From the human T2T-CHM13v2.0 reference genome, Homo sapiens, in assembly GCF_009914755.1 (NCBI RefSeq), contig NC_060938.1: a stretch of DNA of 64,000 nucleotides, one strand, 5' to 3'. The first letter of the stretch is position 1. Each line of letters opens with the position of its first letter. Shown one piece after another: positions 28,139 to 43,859 of this stretch. The position numbers and the translations under genes are program-made. The notes below the pieces were generated by a model. It saw nothing but the letters and a program-made list of their open reading frames with translations, was not told where the DNA came from and ran no database searches.

Positions 28139-29341
28139 CTCTAAAAGATAAAGTCCCTTACCTGATAAGCTTAAAACCTAGAATTTTCCACACACCATGT
28201 GTCACCTAGATTTTGATCCTGATAACACTGAGATTTAGAGATAAGGAAGCTGAGGCCCAAAGGGGCTATCACTTGTGAAAGCCACAGAGTGAGAGTGACT
28301 GACTGATCTGCTGAATGCTCCTGTGGGCTTCCCGGGGTCATTGCCACGTTTCTTGTTGTTGCTTGCTTTCTGCAGAGCACTGAGGGCAACAGCCAGGAAC
28401 ATCATCAGGGTCCATGCTGGCCTTCAGTGTGCTTAGCTCAGGATCCCCCACTATACACTCTTGAGACCAGAAAGGAAAACAAACCCTGGGCTTGAGAGGA
28501 AACTTAAAGAGGACATGTAAGGGATTAATCACACACCTTTCAAGAGACTTAGCTCCCAGCTTCTGAGCCAAACAAAATAATTGTCTGCTGCCAGGCTCTT
28601 TGCTTTAAATATAGCTGTCTCAGTGTATTCCTTCTCCCAAGCTCAGACAGTCCTCCTAAATGGGAAGACAAGCATGCCTCCTACATATGGCATTTCTGGC
28701 CATTTGTGTCTGTGACAGTCTCTCAGCCCAGGAGTGGTGCAGGACCTGCCACATCAACTGTATTTGTCAGATTCCTTTGAGAATCTGCCTGTGAAGCCCC
28801 GGACAAAAAGAGCGCTCATGTGATATTTGGTTCCACGTTAACTGTGAGTCTTTAAACTAACACATATTATAATTTTTGAAGCACTTTTGAGCAAAACTGA
28901 TTTAAAACATCGGTCAAACAAATGTAAAAAGTACGGCGAGCCTCCTACAGCCTTTAAAGGGGAATGTAGGAGTTAAAAGAGCATCCCAGAGAAGGAGGAG
29001 GATGGTGTGTGTGAGGTCAATGGCCTGCTCCTTTTAGAAGTTGTCCCTCGAGTGACCTCTGAATGAGGAGCAGACCACATGCTGCCTGCGCCACAGCACA
29101 GGTGAATGGACCCAGGGAGGGCAGCTGCCCATCAGGTGAGAAGTTAGAGACTAGGAGCCGCTGGCCAGGCCTGCAGAGATGATCTGAGACCATTGGTTCC
29201 TCTTTTGATAAACTGAGACTGAGAGAGCCAATAGAGAGGTGATGAGGCAAACTCAGAGCTGGGACTATCATGTGGCATGGTACAAGCCGAAGTTCAAGGA
29301 AACAGGTAGCCGATGAGAGGAGAAGGTGTGCAATGTGGTAA

Positions 29342-30143
<802 letters not shown>

Positions 30144-30182
30144 TGAGTGTTGCTGTCGACCAGACGAATCATGACTAAAACA

Positions 30183-30720
30183 TCCATTCAGTCATTTGTT
30201 CACTCACTCAGTCAGTATTTGTTTCTAAGCTCTGGGAATCCAGCAATGAACAAGACAAAGTCGCTGCTCCTATGGAGCTCACATTCTAGTGGGAAGATGA
30301 AGATATTAAATAAACAGGTGAATATATACTATATCAGTCACTGGTAAGTATGATGAAAGAATGTGGGGAATCACGGAGGAGTGAAGGAAATGACAAGTTC
30401 TCACTGATGAGGTGAGATTTCAACAGAGACCTTAGGAAGTAGAGGAGCCAATCCCACAAATACTTGGGGGAAACATTCCAGGCCCAAAGCACGGTGAATG
30501 CAAAAGGAGACAAATGCTTTCATGTGTGTGAGATCAGCCAGGGCACCCATGTGGCTGGGATGGGCTGACTGAGTGAGGGTAAAAGCAGTGGAAGATACAT
30601 CAGAGAGGCTGGAGGAGGTTTTGGATTATTATTATTCATTCAACAACCTTTACTGAACCCTACTATGTGCCAGGTATCCTGACAGTTCCTGGAGCTGGGA
30701 ATTAGGCTACAAGTATCTTC
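30183..30720 (-). mobile_element. L2 fragments
   Basis: 'cattcagtcatttgttcactcactcagtc...atgaacaagacaaagtcgctgctcctatggagctcacattctagtggg' and a second terminus at ~30630. Confidence 0.75.
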
Positions 30721-30768
30721 TGTCTTCAAAGGCTCTAAATAAATTTCGCTCCAGCCATGTGACACTAA

Positions 30769-31236
<468 letters not shown>

Positions 31237-32013
31237 TAAAGTTTTCTTTATCTTCTTCAGCCCCTGCCTCTGTGAGGGAGTGTCCTCAGGTTGCCCCAGA
31301 AGTGCAGCCCTCTCTCCTTTGCTTTGAGAAGATCCAAATGAGGCATTTCCTTAGCTTTCTCTGGAAGTGCCTTGCATAAACCCAACACATTGAACCTGTG
31401 CAATTCTGCGTGAAAACATAAAGGCTTTCTCCCACAATGCTCCGCTACTACCAAAAATGTCACCAGGTGACCCAGTTCCTTCATTCAGATGTTATTTTTA
31501 GTGAGTGTCAGATACAGGAAGAGTATCATTATGAAGCCGAGAACAAATCCCCTGCGTGTGCCTCCTCTTTTCATCGGCACCACCCGTGCCAGAAAAGACT
31601 GACACTTGGCCAGTCTTGCACAAGAAGATGATATCCGATTAGAACCCAAAATACTTGTGCTTCAGCCAAAGGATGACTCTGTCTTTTCTCTTCCAAAGAA
31701 AATCAAAACTGTCCCCAAATTAAGTTCCTAAATGCGTAACAACTCTGCTAAGTAATGGACTTGAATGTAATTTATCTTTCCCCAGAGACAGAAATACCAC
31801 TAATAACTATAATTTGGATACAACTGCTTCCCAGATTTACAATCAGTCTAACAGATTGTATTTGTTTCTGTGTCTTCTATGAAAAGTCCAAACTTTGACC
31901 TGTGATCCCATAAAGAAAAATGCATGAAAGTGGAATATTACCAAATCTCCCACTGTGTTCTTGGGATAGACAAATCGCTGGTCACTCTTGTCTGCTGTTC
32001 TGCTACTGGGGGC

Positions 32014-32108
32014 TGTGTGTGTGTGTGTGTGTGTGTGCACGCATATCAAGGCATGTGAGTGTATTTGTGTGGTGCATGTGCCTGTGTGTGTGTGTGTGAG
32101 AGAGAGAC
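32014..32108. repeat. Imperfect (TG)n/(GA)n tract
   Basis: Visible dinucleotide runs. Confidence 0.85.
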
Positions 32109-32679
32109 TGTGTATATGTAGGATTTGGAGCATCTACGTTAGAAATCTGCCTTCTACTCATCCTAGTGAATTTCCATTTTCTGTTCCTTTGCTCTTGCAA
32201 GCTAAGAAAGGCAAAAAGAAAGTTTGCTCAATTGTCAGAAACACGGATTTTTGCCATCTGTTTGCCAGGGTACAAAAAATGAAATTGCTCAAGTTAACAC
32301 TTAGGATTTGATGAAGGCAATTGGTTCCTTTGGATAAAGTACATGGTTAATTCGATCAGAGCACAGGTTCAATCCTTTATGTGCCACCTAAAGTCAGGGA
32401 TGAAACCAGCTTAACAGTCAGTATTTTTACCACCTGAACTTCAACTAGCTGTCCTCGAAGTGTTTGTGGGCCACATTTAGGAAGCCACACTGAGTTTGGC
32501 TCCATGAAAATTACGAGGAAATCGATCCAAGGTCTGGCCTTGCCAATGTGAAATACTGTCTATATGATATACCAATTAAGTGACATAAGAATGCCAACAC
32601 CAGTGTTTATGTAAATATAAGGAACTCCACATCTGTAGACAAATGTCTAATTTTCAGTATGATTATTTTTATACCCAGC

Positions 32680-33150
32680 AGAGCCTAGTGGTTAAGATCT
32701 TGAGCTTCAGAGTCACATAATTTTTACTTCAGAATCCTTCTTCACTTCTTACTGGCTGTGGTCACCTTGGACAAATAAGCCTCTCTAAGCCTCAACTTTC
32801 TATCTGTTAAATAGAGGTTTCATAAGACTCCGTGCATTATTATAAGGATTATATAAAATGATGCATTTAAAGCTCTTGCCATAATACCCCCTCACGATAA
32901 GCATTCAATAAATATTGGCTGTTATCCTCCAGTATTATTGGCTTCTGTGGATAGTAATATGCCTACTGCATCAGGTTGTTGTGAGCTTTAAATGAGATAA
33001 TCCTAGCAAAGTGCCTAACTCATAGAAAGAGCTCATTAGATGCTGGCCATGATGGTAGTGATGATAATGACAGTGACCAGAGAGGCAAAGTAAGTATCCC
33101 AAATTCACACAGCTGGCTAGTGGATGAGCAGGAAATAGAATCTGAGTATA
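32680..33150. mobile_element. MIR cluster
   Basis: 'gcctagtggttaagatcttgagc...caccttggacaaataagcctctctaagcctcaac...cattcaataaatattggctgttat' plus further fragments. Confidence 0.7.
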
Positions 33151-33265
33151 ATGTCGCTTCTGCTATAGCATCCCTGTGGGTTAAAGTTTCAGCTAAGGAC
33201 TGATAGTGAAAATGATTCTACCTGAATCTTTTTTTTTTAAACTCGGAGCCAGCAGACAACTTCTT

Positions 33266-34243
33266 TTTTGTTATTTTTATTTTTAATTTTTATGGATATA
33301 TAATAGTTGTACATATTTATGGAATATATGTGATGTTTTGAGAAAAGCATATGATGTATAATGATTAAATCAGGGTAATTGGGATATCCATCATCTCAAG
33401 CATTTATCATTTCTTTGTGTTAGGAACATTCCAGTTCTAATGGGAATGTTAGAAATATTCCATTTATTCTAGGTATTTTGAAATACACAGTAAATTACTG
33501 TTATCTATAGTCACCCTATTGTGCTACCAGTTATTATTCCCTCTACCTAACTGTATTTTCATACCCATTAACCAACTTATCTTTATCCACCCTCTTCTCC
33601 ACTTCCCTTCCCAGCCTCTGATAGCCACCATTCTATTCACCATCTCCATGAGATCAATTTTTTTTAGCTTTCACATACGAGGAAGAACATGCAACCTTGT
33701 CTTTTTGTGCCTGGCTTATTTTATTTAACATCATGTCCTCCAGTCCCATCTATGTCGTTGCAAATGACAAGACTTCTTTCTTTTTGTGGTGGAATAATAT
33801 TCCATCGTGTATATATACTACATTTTCTTTATCCATTCATCCATTGATGGACGTTTAGGTTCTTGGCTATTGTGAATAGTGCTGCAATAAACATGGGAGC
33901 GCAGGTATCTCTTCGGTAGACTGATTTTCTTTCTTTGGGATGTGTACCTAGCACTGGGATTGCTAGATCATGTAGTAGTTCTATTTTTAGTTTTTTGAGG
34001 GAACTTCATGCTGTTTTCCACAGTGGCTGTACTAATTTACATTCCCATCAACATCATACCAAAAATCTTTTCCTTCACATCGTCGGTAGCATTTGTTATT
34101 TTCTGTCTTTTTGATAATAGTCATTTTAACTGGAGTGAGATGATATCACGTTGTGGTTTTGATTTGCATTTCCCAGATGATTAATGATGTTGAGCAGTTT
34201 TTCATATACCTGTTGGCCATTTGTATGTCCTCTTTTGAGAAAT
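33266..34243 (-). mobile_element. 5'-truncated L1MA (MA4-MA6-like)
   Basis: L1MA 3' UTR 'tagttgtacatatttatgg...atcagggtaattgggatatccatca', perfect 14-bp TSD GCAGACAACTTCTT (33252-33265 / 34244-34257). Confidence 0.9.
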
Positions 34244-35199
34244 GCAGACAACTTCTTAATATTTGAAGTGATTGTTTCTCTTTACTTTGGGGAGTCCAGG
34301 TTTTTCTAGAACCACATTTCCAATGATAGTCTGTTTCTTGTACCTTCCTTCACACCATGAATTAACCACCTTTCCAATTTTCAAGAAAGTTTGTCATTTC
34401 TAGAAAGTTATTGAGTAGCACAGCAGTAGAGAACAACAGAGCCACATTAAGATGAGGTTCAAAATGAAAAATTTGTCTCTATCGTAGAACTCACAAGTAG
34501 CAGAAATTGTAAAGTATGCCACTGTTAAATCCTCAAATGCCAGAGGTCTCCTCTCCCTATTTATTTTCCATAATATTGTCCTAAGAAAAATCTTTGGAGA
34601 ATTTGGAGAAAAGCCTGAAATAATTTTTAAGAACCTTAACTTTAAACTGTCTCTTGGTATTCAAGTTTCCCATAAGTTCAAATTTAATCAAATTCATTTT
34701 TAAAGGTTTCAATAAAGAGATATGATAAAGGACACCTATTATCATAGTCAATGGTGGAGAGAGAGTTACTGTTTTAATCACAGTAATCCATGATAGTGAT
34801 TGAGGTGATTGGAGATGGAAAAGCACGTTTCCTCAGTGATCTGAAAGATTTTTTTATTGAACAAAACTCATTTGAAGTTTTAGATATTGTCATAACTTCT
34901 TATCATATTTGTTTACACCAATTAATTATTAATTTGGATTCAAGATAAGCCCTTTTCAAAAGCCATTCTAACCTATATTAAACTGGGTCTTACGAAAGAC
35001 AATAATAGATTTCATAAGTGACAATCCTGGGCCTAAATGTCTCAGAGATTTTGGGAATAATTGCACAGATTTCTCACCTTGTTGTTTTTCTCTTCCTAGT
35101 GCAACCTTTCGTTTTTCATAAGAGTGAAAATTATTGAAGACATTATAAATAACAATGGGAGAGGAGGATAATGAGAAGGGTTGAAAGAAAAAAACAAGT

Positions 35200-35397
35200 T
35201 TCTCTCTCTTTTTTTTTTTTTTTTTTTTTTGAATTTTAAGTTCCAGGATACATGTGCAGGATGTGCAGGTTTGTTACATAGTTAAACGTGTGCCATGGTG
35301 GTTTGCCGCACAGATCAACCTGTCACCTAGTATTAAGCCCAGCATGCGTTAGCTTAGCTATTTTTCCTGATGCTCTCCCTCCCTCTGACCACCCCTC
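35200..35397 (-). mobile_element. Short 5'-truncated L1PA (PA8-10-like) 3' end
   Basis: Poly-T then 'gatacatgtgcaggatgtgcaggtttgttacata...gtgccatggtggtttg', flanked by near-duplicated AAAGAAAAAACAAGT. Confidence 0.9.
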
Positions 35398-35755
35398 AAA
35401 GAAAAAACAAGTCTTGAGCAATACCAGACACCAATGAAGTAGGTCGTTCCTTACCATGATTAGATGCCAGTGGGATCAAATGAAACCTATCCCTCACGTG
35501 CAGGGTGTAATCCATGCAAACCAAACGTTCCTGGAACTGGGGGAGAAGGGAAAGGAGGAGGTGGTATCTCTGGCTCTTGGTTCCTGCTTCAAGCAAAATA
35601 GTTTATGGATCATCTAACCATCATGTGTACAGGCCTTTCTCATCGGGTGTTTCCCACACATGAAACTCAGCACCTCTCACTGCTTGCCACTAAGCAAATA
35701 AAGCAATGGAAAGCCCTCACTTGAGACATTTGCCTGTATGGCAGACTTTATATAA

Positions 35756-36251
<496 letters not shown>

Positions 36252-36334
36252 TAACCATTTAGCTTTTCCTTTGTTCTGCTGTCTCCTTCCAGATGCTGTA
36301 TTTGGTCTATCCAAATGGACCATTGATATGTTTT

Positions 36335-36445
36335 TTATGCATTCATTTCTTTCAACAAGTATTTATTGAGCACCTACTATGCGCCAGTGCTGACCTAGGC
36401 ACTGGGTATTCAAAGAGGTCCCTACCTTTATGGAACTTAGCAGTT
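36335..36445 (-). mobile_element. L2 3' end fragment
   Basis: 'ttcaacaagtatttattgagcacctactatgcgccag'. Confidence 0.8.
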
Positions 36446-37593
36446 AGTTCTCTTCACCAAAGGAGTTCTAGTAGCAAGAGTTATTATAGTAATTCTTCTT
36501 AAACCTCGCTACGTTATAAATTGGCATCGGAACTTCCTAATTCATCACGGCATCTAATATTCTGTTATCGTCACAATTTTTAAATGTGTTAAGCCCTCAT
36601 GGGAATATGGCAGTGGGCTATTCATGTCCCAAGTAAGTTTCTTTACTTTAAAACCAACAATGGGAGAACCAGATCCAGAATAGATATTTAAGGTGCTAAA
36701 CCCAGAGATTATTGCAAACCCTCCTTGAAGACCGGGTCGCAGGCATAGCTGACCTCAAGGCCATGATGATGAAGGAGAAGGTAAAAGAGCCCAGTCATCA
36801 CTGCTTAGCCTCCTTCTTTGGAAAAAAAATATATATAAAGGAAGTACCCACCATGTTCCTAGGAGTATAGGTCAGAATAAACAGTGCATTGTGGAGGCAT
36901 GAAAACAGCATTCTTTAAACATGTTTAGGCTTTAAATTAGAGATTCCCAAGACACACAAGAGTGGAACAAGTGTGAGGGCCAGAAGTTTGAATTAGCTCA
37001 ATGGGAGCCCTTTCTCTTCTCTTACAAGTACCATGCAGGTGCAACTGAAAGGGATTCAATTGGTGACAGCTAGCGACATGCAAAATTAGAGTCTAAGCCA
37101 GGAGGCTCTGGTACTTGGGACTGGAAAAGAAGGTCAGCAGTCAATGGGCAGATTGTGCTGGCTTCTTATCAGGGCTCACAAGCTAAATAGTGCAGGACTT
37201 GTCCAATATGCAGATGGGGTAAGAGCAGATTCTTGTTTTCTACTAATGGCCTCATAACTACTGTCAAGTGAGAAGCAATAGCAACAGACAGACAGTGGGG
37301 ATCTATTTAGAGCAGGAAGAGTGGAATGGCTCATTTTGGCCCAATGTCATGCGACTAGCTCTTCAGCCGCATGCATGGGTCAGGCCTGTCCACCAGAAGC
37401 CCAGCTGCTGAGCAGCCTCAGAACACTTACATGGCAGGGAGTCTTTGTTACATGGAGCAGGATATGCTTCTCAGGTGTTTCTGCCCAAGTACCCCACCTG
37501 CAGGAGCAAGGAAATGTAACTCCCTGGAAGCCTGGCACTTAGCAGAAGAGTTACTTCAGCGGGAAAATCTGGGTGCACTCTCCCCCTCCGCCA

Positions 37594-37884
37594 TTTTCTT
37601 TTGAGACAGAGTCTTGCCCTGTCACCCAGATTGGAGTACAGTGGCACGATCTCAGCTCACTGCAACCTCCGCCTCCCAGGTTCAAGCAATTCTCCTGTCT
37701 CAGCTTCCTGAGTAGCTGGGACTACAGGTGTGCACCACCATGCCCAGATAATTTTTATATTTTTAGTAGAGATGGAGTTTCACCATATTGGTCAGGTTGG
37801 TCTGGAACTCCTGACCTCAGGTGATCCACCTGCCTCAGCCTCCCAAAGTGCTGGGATTACAGGCGTGAGCCACCATGCCTGGCC
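37594..37884 (-). mobile_element. AluS
   Basis: Alu body, TSD CACTCTCCCC. Confidence 0.95.
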
Positions 37885-40800
37885 CACTCTCCCCTTTTGT
37901 GTTAAAAATACATTAGCATGCTATACTTTACTTCATAATATATTGTTTTTAAATAGAAAATTATTCAAATCAGCAATTAAGTCACTTGATATGTCTCAAC
38001 CCCCAGATCTTTGAGATAAAAGTTGTATTGCAGGAAAATGGGCTTGTTTGTCCCTTGGCTACCAGTACCTGACACATGACTATGTATTGTCAAGGGGGCA
38101 GTACTGTGCTTTGGTTTGAGAAACAGCCTCATGGAAACGAGTAGTGATTCCAACAGAAATGTGGTCTTGTGTCTGTGGGGAGAAGGATGCAATCGTCTAA
38201 TGAGTCATCACTTTATTGCTGCCACCACCACTGCTCCTCCTTTCCATCCTGTGCGCTCATATTGGTATCATTTGAATGGCAGTACCTGCCAATTCTCAGT
38301 CATTTATGTACGATAAACAACCATGTGTCTACCCCCTTAATAGATTGAAAAGCTGTGCATTATTGAAACCCACTTGTCTCAGTTTTTCCCAGGCAGAATC
38401 GACACAGCCTCTGTCCTCTCTGGATAGAACTATGCAGAACGTTCTGAGACAGAGAAGGTCAAAAGCATTTGGTCACCAACTTCTTCCTTTTTCATTTTGG
38501 AGTGGAAATAATGAGCATAAAAGAAGACGGGGAGTTTCCATCTTTCCTTAAGTAGGATAAAAACTGAGAAAAAATTAAAGTAATTCAAGCAAGAAGCTAA
38601 TCCCTTCTCAACTTCGTAATATGACCAGCTTGGTTCAGGTAATCCATGTGAGATAGACCTGGGAGACTCCACTTGTTTCTAAAAAGCCATGTCTTCAAAG
38701 TAAAACAGAATCTAGAGACATATATCAGGTGAAATTCTAGTCTGTTTCCTACATTAACCTAGATGACTCAGACACAGGTGAGATTTTGCCCAAATGGCCC
38801 AGATTACCCAATTTCCCATGTCAACGGAGATGACCAAAGACAGCTTGCCCCAAATGAAGAATGTGAATGCAACTGTTTGAAACATACCATGGCCAGAAGA
38901 ATAATTGGCCAGTTCCTTGAAAAACTTAATTATGAATGTGCTTCCCATTCCATTGCTTTTCTCCTCTCTAGTTGGAAATGTCACTTGAACCACCTGGCAA
39001 ATTCTAGGAGGCATTCCACCACAAGGCTGAGGATACATTTTCCTGCGGGGATGTCCCGGGAAAGGGAGAACACTTGAGAGGAAATCATAACACCCGCCAA
39101 AGCTGAAGACAAATGGCTATGATTTAACCTAGAGGTTCGCCTACAGGCTTGTAGGCGATTCCTACAGGCTTGATTCCTGGAAGCCTTGCTCTTTTAAACG
39201 AAGCAAGAGACCCCATGGCTCAGAAGGGATTGCCTCAGTCTGAAATGCTCACCAGCAGGGGTAAGGGCTAGCAGGTGAAAACACTGTCGGGCACGCTGGC
39301 TTGCCAAAATCCATAGAAAATGAAAACTCAGCAATCAAACTTGAAATCACTTCTGAAATTCCGGCCGTAAAATCAAGAAGAGAGTTCACATGCCATGTTT
39401 TGGAAGTTGTCAATTGGACACTATATTATCAGGAATTTGAAGCATAAAGGAGGCTTCCAGCCCATGCAGCCTGTTAAGGACTAAGTGGGCAGAGCTAACA
39501 CTTCACTGGGTAAGTAGATCCTACTTACCCAAAAGGTAGCTGGGCAGGTATCAAATTTCCTTTTTTTTTTTTCTTTAATCTTTTTCCTTGCCAAAGTACC
39601 AAAGCTGATTCTATCAACCTAACTTGACATCGTACCCAGGGAAAGCCCATACTGGAAACCCAGGGCCGCAGATCAAGATTGTGAGGGGTGCATTCTGAGA
39701 GCAGAACTGTTCTGAGTGTGTGTTTAAATGGTGTGCCAGTCTAACAGGCCAGTGAGGAGAAACTAGTCATGGAGTCTTAGAAACCATTGACTGCCTGGAC
39801 CGAGGAGAGTGACCTGGATGCCTGCTCCCACTTCTTCCATAGCTCCAGTTTATATCCTCTTACTTGGGGCTTGGGCAATATTGCTGATGGAAAAGCCCAC
39901 CTTTATGCCCTCCCACCTTTCTTTCCCCATGTCTAGCAGCCTGGGCACCTGGGAGCACCTCCTCCCTCCGCCCACCCCCTTCCAGAGGGAGTGATCTAAT
40001 CAGCAAATTCCCATTGGCTTGTTAATGATTCACGGTGTGGTTTGTTCCAGAAGATGGAAGGCAAAGAATCTCTAATGACGGCATTTCACAGGTGCTGCTG
40101 AGCCTGGGAAGCAGTGTTGGTTGGGGATAGGGCCTTTTCATCTCCCCGCAGTCTCTACCACCTTCTCTGACTAGGAGACGATGTGCTCACACTCCCACAC
40201 TCAGCTTCACACTTTCTGTTGTGACGTGGGTTTGGGCATCTGCTTCCCTGACCCAGAGGAAGCCAGTCTTGCCTGGTGGGTTTCTGTCTAGTATGAGGGA
40301 GGAGGAATGGAGTGCCTTTTCTGCAGGCACCTGCACATCTTGGGAGCTTAGAGAGTCTGTGCAAAGGTAAACAGTTACATAAGGAAAGAAAGACTTACTT
40401 TAGTCCTGGGTCTTGTGTGGGCCCTGCGGTAGCACGTGGAATATTAAAAAATAATGTGGGGATTACCACCATCTCTTCCGTATTTGTTCTTCTGAGTCAT
40501 GCTCTAGTTTAAGCAGCAAGAAAGACGATGACCTTTCTCTTCAGTTTACCTTAAAGAGCAGCTGGTGCTTAATGGAAAATTTTGAGAAAGTTGTCGTTAT
40601 GAACCAATTCAATGGCTGGAGCATTTCCTGCAAAGGCTCTTATCTGGAGAAAGAGGATTTCAGGGTGAGAAAGCTGGCATGACGGGAGGATGAGTCGGGA
40701 GGTGGAGGGAAGAGTTAGAATGGCCAAGAGAGCGGGAACAAGCTGCCTGTTGTGGCTGTGGCTCTCAGATTTTCCTTGAGATTTTTTTCTGGACTTTTAA

Positions 40801-42036
40801 CTTGAAGACATGCCCATTTTGAAAGAATTTTTCTTTCTGAAGGATATTTTGGGCTGTAGGCAGGGCAAGAAAGTTCAAGCCCAGACACTGGGGGTTTCTT
40901 CTGGCTGTGCTGATAACCTGCTAGGGAAAGGAACAGTTCTATTTTCTTCCCTCGTGTGGAGGTGATAATTCCTGCCTGGATCAGTCTTATAAAAATGTTT
41001 GGAAGACTATGTGGTTAATGTTTGGGTGCTAATCTATACCAAATGCTTAAGAAATATGCAGTTAATTCTTAATCTGAAAATTTCTTTGTTGTGATTCTCT
41101 TCTCCATGGCAGGTCCGTAATACTGAGTATTAGGATTTGTTAGAAAAAGGCAGCAGGAACAGGTCTCATTATCTATTTAGTTATTTTTCAAAGCTTTCCT
41201 TGGGGGAGAAGGCTAATGAATGAGTAAAGACTGTGAAGGAATATACTGTACAGAAGATAGACACTAATTAATCTCCTCCTCTGATGAGGCTGGAGAGAAA
41301 AAAAGAAACTTATATTAAAGCAAGAGAGATATAGGTTAGACATAATGAAGAACTTGCCTATTATGAGCATTTTAAGTTGCTGCGCAGGGCAGGCAAAACC
41401 ATAATTCTGATGGTGGCCAGTATACAAAGCAATGATACCAGCCAAATTTCACAGAAGGAAAGAGTCTATATTATCTGAATAAGTTAGGTCTGCTTTCTGG
41501 CATAAGCAGACTTTATTTCCCCACAACCAGCGCTCTAACCTGTGGGTGTGGCAATTATTTTAGAGTCTCTCTCTAGAAAAGTCCCTTTTGGAAACTAGGG
41601 CCTTTCTCATCACTGTGTAAGTGAACTCCCTGACAGTTCTAGGAAGACTACAGATTTTTTAAGCTGAGACCGTTTTTTTTCTCTCTCTCTTTCTTTCTTT
41701 TAACCTTTTTATTTAGTCTGTTAAACCACCAGAGACACAGATTCCTCCCAAGGGGCTATTTCTGCTTTTCATTTATTGAGACTACCAGGTCATATCACTT
41801 GTTTTTGATGAACTCAGAGCTATTTAAAGCTGCTCTTAGGCCTTTAACTGCTTTACTAGATGCCTGCTCTCCCAAGTCACCCTCCTCTTTTCAGTCTGCC
41901 CACCCCACTGCCCTTCTTTCCTCTTATATTCTCTCCTGTCCCTCCTGACTGTCTGCAACCCCTTTTATTTTTCCCTGTCCCTTATCTTCTCCTAATAGCT
42001 CTCTTTTCTTTCTTTCTCTCTCTCTCTCTCTCTCTC

Positions 42037-42332
42037 TTTTTTTTGAGACAGGATCTCGCTTTGTCATCCAGGCCGGAATACAGTGGCATGATCATGGCTC
42101 ACTGCAGCCTCCAACTCCTGGGCTCAAGTGATCCTCCTACCTCAGTCTCCTGAGTAGCTAGGACTATAAGCACACACCACCACACCAGCTAATTTTTAAA
42201 TTTATTTTTATTTTTATAGAGACAGGGTTTCACTATGTTGCCCAGGCTGGCCTCGAACTCGTGGCCTCAAGCAGTCCTCCTGCCTCAGCCTCCCAAAGTG
42301 CTGGTATTACAAGCATAAGCCAATATGCCCAG
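42037..42332 (-). mobile_element. AluJ
   Basis: AluJ diagnostics 'atcatggctcactgcagcctccaactcctgggctcaagtgatcctcc'. Confidence 0.92.
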
Positions 42333-42635
42333 TCTCTCTCTCTTTCTTTCTTTTCTTTTCTTTCCTTCCTTCCTCCCTCCCTCCCTCCTTTCCTCCCTCT
42401 CTCTCTTTCTTTCTCTCTTCCTTCCTTTCTCTCTTTCTCTCTTCCTTCCTCCCTCCCTTCCCCTTCCTTACTTCTTCTCTTTCCTTCCCTTCCATTCCAT
42501 TCCCTTCCCTTCCTCCCTACCTCCTTCCCTCTCTCCCTCCATCCCTTTGTCCCTCCATTCCTTTTTTCCTTTCTTTCTCTCTGTCTCTTTCTCTCTGTCT
42601 CTTTCTCTCTCCCTTTCTTTCTTTCTTTTTCCCTT
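42333..42635. repeat. ~300-bp CT-rich polypyrimidine low-complexity tract
   Basis: (CT)n, (CTTT)n, (CCTT)n and (CCCT)n blocks with very few purines. Confidence 0.95.
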
Positions 42636-43859
42636 ATGAACCATGTTCTCTGCACCTTCCAGAGCCGTGGTTGGAAAAATTAGATTGCTTCTTGGAATCT
42701 ACGGTAGAATGTCTGGTTGAAAATCACTTCTGGAAAAGCCAGGATAGCCAGAACAGGCCTTCAGATTTGTTTATTCATTCAACAAATATTTATTGAGCAG
42801 CTATTTATGTGCAGACCTCTGAGATTAAAGTTATTGGCAACCTATAAGCCAGAAGAGAGATAGTTTTACCCATTTGACATATAGGCTTAATTGAAGATTA
42901 AGGGTTGTCCTAAACAACCTTGTTTTATTCCCTGGCCCTATGTTCATAATCACTAATTATTGCTACAAAACAAAGTGCCCCCAGAGAACTTTTACAAATA
43001 TTTTAAACATCCTAATGGTCATACTGGTTTGCCTTGGATGTCACTAGATTGTGAATGGTAATTAGTTTTCTTTTTCCAGCTGAGGGCCCCTTAGGCATTG
43101 CCATGTCTGGCCCTTTCAAATTCTTTCTGAGCAATTGGTTTCTAGATAATTGTAATCAGTCGTTTCCTATGGGCAAACCCTTCTCAATAATGAGCTCATC
43201 ATCCCATCAGGTGAAAATGCAGCAGCACAATTAATATTTTGGGGATGAAAACAAATTACTGTTTGCTGAATAATGAGCCCTGAGTCCTGTTTTAGAGCTG
43301 AATATGCAGTGCAAGACCAAAATTTAATTCTTTTCATGAGAACTGACAGACTTTACTTCAAACCAACTACACTTCATTAAAACTGTGATAACAGTCTGCA
43401 AAGCAGCATAGAAATATTGCAGCTGTGGGCTCTCAGAGAGAAGGAAAGAATCCCTATATTGTTCAAATATGACACAATGCGTTTGTAATGGAGTCACTCC
43501 ATCCCAGATATATTCGGATTCAATGCACTGATTCTCCTCCCCTGCCACTCGGGTTCACTTAATGGTGAAAGGGAGGCAGCAGCCAAAGCAGCCAATTCTC
43601 TTACTTGCTTTAGACTGTACAGAAACTGAGCCACCCGAGTTGGGGGTGCCAGGGTGCAGAAGGATAAGAAGGGTAAATCCCACTGAAGAAGAGTCTGGTA
43701 CGAGGACCAACAGCAATTTGGGCAGGTCACGTCCAGCCAAGATGTGGAGGAGGAAAATGTGGGTGGAGACTCAATGGGCTTCGTGGAGGTAGAGGTGATG
43801 ACCACCCTTTGTGACTGCATGAGTCACTCTGCCTTTGGATGAGGGATTTGGGGCCCGAG

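Noticed and set aside
39249-39268. CTCF-like words (CCAGCAGGGG; also ~24950 and ~54219)
   Set aside because: Each lacks key consensus positions and is not distinguishable from chance without a PWM scan or ChIP data
42233-42683. 140-aa R/E/K/G-rich and S/L/F/P-rich ORFs
   Set aside because: Translation of the CT-rich low-complexity tract plus Alu
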